This document shows, piece after piece, positions 57,780 to 64,000 of a stretch of 64,000 bases of DNA. Location: positions 187,550,001 to 187,614,000 of the forward strand of contig OZ024742.1 in NCBI GenBank assembly GCA_964016885.1. Direction: 5' to 3'. Origin of the DNA: Eledone cirrhosa (taxonomy: Eukaryota). Within the stretch, counting starts at the first letter, position 1; each line of letters starts with the position of its first letter. Under the pieces are notes generated by a model. The model searched no databases. It saw only the letters and a program-made list of their open reading frames with translations, and was not told the origin of the DNA. The translations under genes and the position numbers were made by a program.

Positions 57780-58169
57780 TCATCATCATTCGTCGACTAA
57801 TGTCGAGATGATGGATCTCACTCTCATGCCCCCAGAATCCCCTGTCCCCCATCGCTACCCCCCGGTCCTGTCTGCTGATTCCCGTATCCCTATATATATA
57901 TATATGTATGTATATATATACATATGGGATAACAAATTATCGTTATAGGTAATCCAGTTAGATGTTGTGAGTACTCTGTATTGTGGAACAATTCTAACAT
58001 ACTGCAAACACTGTATTTAAGGTCGAGTGACAAAATTTCGAGTGATTAGCGGCCTTTAGACATAGCTAATCAATGAAACAATTGTTAATACTGTAAATAA
58101 AACCCTTTTTGTATAGCTGACAATGTCATTCTTCAATCTTTCACTATATATATATATATATATATATAT

Positions 58170-58361
58170 AACGAAGGAATTGTGGTAAGGAACCAGATGG
58201 ACCATAACGCACCAGAGTACTCAATACTTAGGGTAGTAGAGTGGGTAATAGGAAACAGTATGACCCCGACGGCAGAGCTCAAGCCGTTTCGACGGCTATT
58301 TCAGTTCAGAAATAGCCGTCGAAACGGCTTGTGCTCTGCCGTCGGGGCCATACTTTTTCCT
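58170..58361 (-). mobile_element. Short fold-back PLE 3' end, family A subvariant
   Basis: Reverse-complement unit with gaaatagccg variant arms; TA flanks. Confidence 0.82.
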
Positions 58362-58621
58362 ATATATATATATATGTATGTGTGTGTGTAACATAGGAGT
58401 ATCTACCTGTATACATGCATATATATATGTGTATGTATGTAAAAAAAAGAGTAATTGTTTCGAGTTACTGGTCAAGAAAATCAACTGATCATATCTTCGA
58501 AATTAGGATGTAACCGTCTATGTTGGCTGTGTATGAACACACACCAATATGTACACACACTCACACAAACACAGACACACATACACACGGACACACACAC
58601 GCATACACACACACATATACG

Positions 58622-58679
<58 letters not shown>

Positions 58680-58952
58680 ACTGATGTTCTCTGTGTGTGG
58701 GTGTCCTCATTTTTGCAAATTCTATACGAATCCACATTTCTATTCCGATTGACATCAAACTTGCATTTACATATTGTGCTACAATAAAACTCACCTCATA
58801 CATATATATATATATAAGGAAAAAAGATGAAATCGAAAATGCATCTGGATTCTTTTTAAAAAAATAATATATTTATTTGGTTCCTTTACCGGTTTCGTAG
58901 TTCTTGTGCTTTTCAAAAGTAGAATTGAGATGGAGGGTTTGTGATTTGTCTC

Positions 58953-58997
<45 letters not shown>

Positions 58998-59668
58998 TTA
59001 AAAGAATAGAGGTGTAACACACAAGTTATGATATATTGGTAAACGGAAAAGAAAATGCTGACAAATTGTTCACAGTGAAAAATAGTTTAATTAGGAATAA
59101 GTGAGAATTAGTAATAGTATTGGTTAGTATTCAGTTTTGGTTTTAAGTTTTACCGGTTGCGCATTTCTAATGCTTTTCAAAAATAGAGATAGAGCGCCGT
59201 GATGTTTGCTCTAATCTGATTAGTTTTGGAAATTCTACCTGTTTTTATGTTAAAAAAGTGGCTCCAGCGGTATTAAAATCAGTTTTGCGTCATTTCGTGT
59301 TGCAAAAATTCTTGTGGTCAAAACAATTTTGATTGGTCGGTAGAGGTCATGTGAATGTTAAAAATTGATTTTGCGTCAAATGTAGGTTTGTATCGGCTGA
59401 TTGAGAAGTCACTGAAAAATAAGTCTTTCAAAACAAATATGTGTGTGTGTGTAGTAGTAGTAAAGAGGTTCGTTGTTGTGATAATGGTCAGCAGGCATGT
59501 GTGTGCGACCCGCAGCCTGTTGACAGTTCAAATGCCTATTAAGACAAGTGTGTGTGTGTAGCAGAGTAATTCGTGGTAGAGGGATGGTCAGTAGGAATGT
59601 GTCTGTAAGTGTGTGGGGGATATTTAAAAATGTTAAAAGATATTTTTCAGCTCTTGTCTTATACGGAG

Positions 59669-59706
<38 letters not shown>

Positions 59707-59768
59707 CTCTTTGTATGTTAATGTACGCGTGTGTATGTGTGTGTGTATATATGTGCGTGTGTTTGAGA

Positions 59769-59844
<76 letters not shown>

Positions 59845-59992
59845 ACCAGTAATTATGTTTGTGGTACTGATGAAATGGTGTACATTATTCGATATTTTCA
59901 GTAAAATCGATTCTCTCAATAGAACATCAAAAACCTTAATAATACAAGTTGTGAAATGATATATAGTATTGGCATAATACCAAGGTGTGTGT

Positions 59993-60262
59993 GAGTGTGT
60001 CCAGATTGTACGTACTGCAAGGGGAATCCATTAGACTTTGCCGTATTGGAATATCTGTGTACCAATATGTATCTGGAGTGTGTCCAGAAATTGTATACCT
60101 GTGTACAAATTGTATACTTGTGTACAAATTGTACACATGTATCTGGAGTGTGTTCAGAAATTGTATACTTGTGTACAAATATGTATCTGGAGTGTGTCCA
60201 GATTGTACGTACTGCAAGGGGAATCCATTAGGCCATGCCGTATTGGAATACTTGTGTACAAA
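59993..60262. repeat. Composite tandem repeat
   Basis: A ~70-bp unit at 59993 and 60190 flanks copies of aaattgtatacttgtgtac and atgtatctggagtgtgt. Confidence 0.85.
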
Positions 60263-60423
60263 TATATATATATATTTGTTTCCTTTCAAGAAACCACTGG
60301 TAAATGAAATAATTATCTTATATTGTTTATTACATAACTAATAAGCTCTGTAACCTACATAGAGCATTCTTTTTACCTGGACCTTTCCGACGGAATTACT
60401 TCATATATATATATCTATATATT

Positions 60424-60497
<74 letters not shown>

Positions 60498-60829
60498 ACA
60501 CTGCACAAATATAATAGTCATCTGCTGAAGGAAGAAGCGTTGAAACGAAACTCCACAGTGTGTTAAAATGAAGTTTAATGGAAGGGCAGATATAATAGGA
60601 CATGTCTTATAGACTGCTAGAAAGAGCACCGCTCACTTTTTCTACCTGACAGTCATATGACCCTCTCTTCATATATTTCCATACATACACTCACAGGTGT
60701 GGGTGTATAGGTGTAAATATGTTACGTGGTTGTCAGTGATTATCTAAAAAGAGACATACCTAATTTTCGCACATAAAAGCATGAAATTATGTTTTCAATT
60801 ACATTTAAATGAGAAGAATGCCATTAGAT

Positions 60830-60888
<59 letters not shown>

Positions 60889-60893
60889 GGTGT

Positions 60894-60933
<40 letters not shown>

Positions 60934-61037
60934 TGGCGTAATATTAGATGAAAGTAAATGTACGTGGATCTTAGTGAATTGCGATTTCGTGACTAATTTT
61001 AATGAGTATCAACATATTTTCAATATATATATATATA

Positions 61038-61109
<72 letters not shown>

Positions 61110-61184
61110 TGTGTGCGTGTGTGTGTGTTATATACATACACTATATACATATATATATTCTGCAAATGAATATTTGTGTCCGTG

Positions 61185-61241
<57 letters not shown>

Positions 61242-61586
61242 CGTGTGCGTGTGCGTGTGCGTGTGTGTGTGTGTCTGTGTGTGTGTGTATGTGTGTGTAT
61301 GTCTGCGTGTGTGCAAATTGCCTCCATATTTCACACGAGAAACGTAATTAATACACGTCATACTTTTGTTTGTTGTATTAAATTGATTTCTTAATAAATG
61401 CACTTACACTTTTCCACGGATTCAGTTATTCTTAGACACGTTTGTCTTTGTTATTGAATCTATTAGTTCTCTTAATAGGAGGGTATTAATACGAGAGCGA
61501 AAAAGCGAGAGATATATAAACTATATACGCACACCCACACGCTACATATATATAAATATATGTATGTCTATATATATATAATACTT

Positions 61587-61642
<56 letters not shown>

Positions 61643-62689
61643 GTTGGGTAATGTTTATATAAATATACATATTTTTAATAAATAGATACTTAAACATGCC
61701 AGAAAATACGAATTTTCTCGTAACCTGAAAAAAATATGAACACCTTTAATCATTCGGGCCATATTCAGACGACGTGTACAGCATATAAACAACAACCAGG
61801 AAACACTTATTTGAATGATTGAATGATTTACATACACATTTGCATTACTCTCGGGTCTCGAATAATCGCTATATATATATATTGTTTTGTTTTCAAAATC
61901 CTGCTCTTAATAATCCTCCGTCTTATTGAATGTTGCTATTAAGTGGCAACATTACTTCAACAATTAACTTTCTTTAGATATAAAATAAAATATTATACAT
62001 TACAAATCCCATAGGTTATAAAATAAATAGGATGGCTTAGGGTCTCAATATCTGTTATCTCCTTATGGATAAACGAATACACTGCAACAGCATAATAATA
62101 TAATCGAAACAAACGGCAGTAACCATACGTAACGGAACAACAATCTTTTGAGAAACAACAATCCAACACGCTAACTTGAACTGTAAACTTGAACTCCAAC
62201 TTTGACTATCAACACACAAACTGTGGAACCAATACCAACTTTTTCCACTTACTCAGGCCGCTACTATTTATATGTAGTGGTCCAGCCCATTCTCACCAGG
62301 GGTGGGGGCGCCGTACTCTCACACAACAATATGTAAACTAAACTAATTCTGTATTTTAATCTAAAATCAACGGTGACAACCTAGAAAAATTACCAATTTT
62401 ACAATCCCCTGCTTATTCCAACCTCCTAAAATTTGTGCCCCCTGAATGAATATTATTCTTAAATGGACGTACTAAATTGGATGTAATTAGCGTCATATTG
62501 ATCGTTAACTGAGATATATATTAAGAAGTGCGCTTATCAGCTGAATTGAATGACACAATTATATCTGAATATATAAAGGGGCTAACCGAAATTCACATCT
62601 GACGTATTTAAAATGTGTATGTCTATATACACAATAGCGCAGTTCGGCTACGCACTCGGCATGCATGAGGATTGGAGCGTCTTCACAGA

Positions 62690-62978
62690 CAATTGCCGTC
62701 TCTTATTGATTCTTCATTGTAATCCCAACTTCGTCCATGACTTTGCAGACCAACTGTAGTTCGGCATGTTTTACACAGGTGACAGAAGAGTTATGCTTTC
62801 CACGGGACAATCTTTATGGACCACCATGTGTTCTTTTTAGTCAGGAACTAGTTATAAATACTTTGTTGCATATCATACACTGTTTCAATAGGGCCTTGTT
62901 GAGTGGTGTTGCGGCCGGCTATCCTTTCATGTGACTTCTGGTGATTAACATAACCAGCCTTTGAGAGGAGTACACACT
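62690..62978 (-). mobile_element. LINE (RTE-like) 3' fragment with three decayed C2H2 fingers
   Basis: LSKAGYVNHQKSH; CMICNKVFITSS*LKR; KTCRTTVGLQSH. Shares tttccacgggac with 14126. Confidence 0.5.
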
Positions 62979-63159
62979 GTATATATATATACATACATAC
63001 ATACAAATAAACAAACAAACAAACAAGCAAACAGGTCGATGGCTACAATGCCATCGCTTGATACTTATTCATGAGCAGCACGGAAGTGGCTATTTTATCC
63101 CGCTAGGGCCTTCCCTATAGCCAGCAATGCAAAATGTTTTCACACACACACTCACACAT

Positions 63160-63729
<570 letters not shown>

Positions 63730-64000
63730 CAACTGCGTGATGAAGGTTTATGAACCGTAATTTTACGGTTCGACAAAAAGCATTTGATATTACCTAGCTT
63801 AAAAATAAATATGTATTGCTGTCGATATATTGAACTAGATTTCTTTAGAGCAGTTTTCCACTATCGTTTCCGTCTAATGACTGAAACCAGAGGTAAAAGT
63901 ATATATCTGTTTGCATGTATGGCTGTGTTTGTGTGTGTATATATGTGTTCGTGTGTGTGATTATATGCATAACCGAAATATCATGAAGGTTTTGAACTAT

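Noticed and set aside
53886-60262. CRISPR-like arrays
   Set aside because: Tandem repeats without unique spacers; eukaryotic context; no cas genes.

Overview
AT-rich eukaryotic intergenic/intronic DNA saturated with (TA)n, (CA)n and trinucleotide microsatellites. The SINE family resembles those of octopod cephalopods (inference from recall, not a search). No host protein-coding exon could be supported; nearly all track ORFs are microsatellite artefacts. The one intact gene is a 773-aa Penelope-like element ORF (39224-41545; RT + C-terminal GIY-YIG, with DKT and CxC features matching the Hydra clade) inside a young 3.8-kb element with inverted and direct pseudo-LTR pieces. The strongest hidden signal, read by eye: many unrelated short inserts in (TA)n tracts are fold-back (inverted) 3' ends of PLE families, and most carry type I hammerhead ribozyme (HHR) motifs. 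These include U3:A8 core variants and versions with very large branched stem II inserts, and their inverted arms repeatedly end at TA microhomology with the target. Also present are decayed RTE, Tx1/L1 and CRE LINE fragments, internally deleted RTE derivatives with C2H2 fingers, a non-autonomous Helitron and about a dozen tRNA-type SINE copies. All ribozyme calls are manual structure assignments; none is tested.
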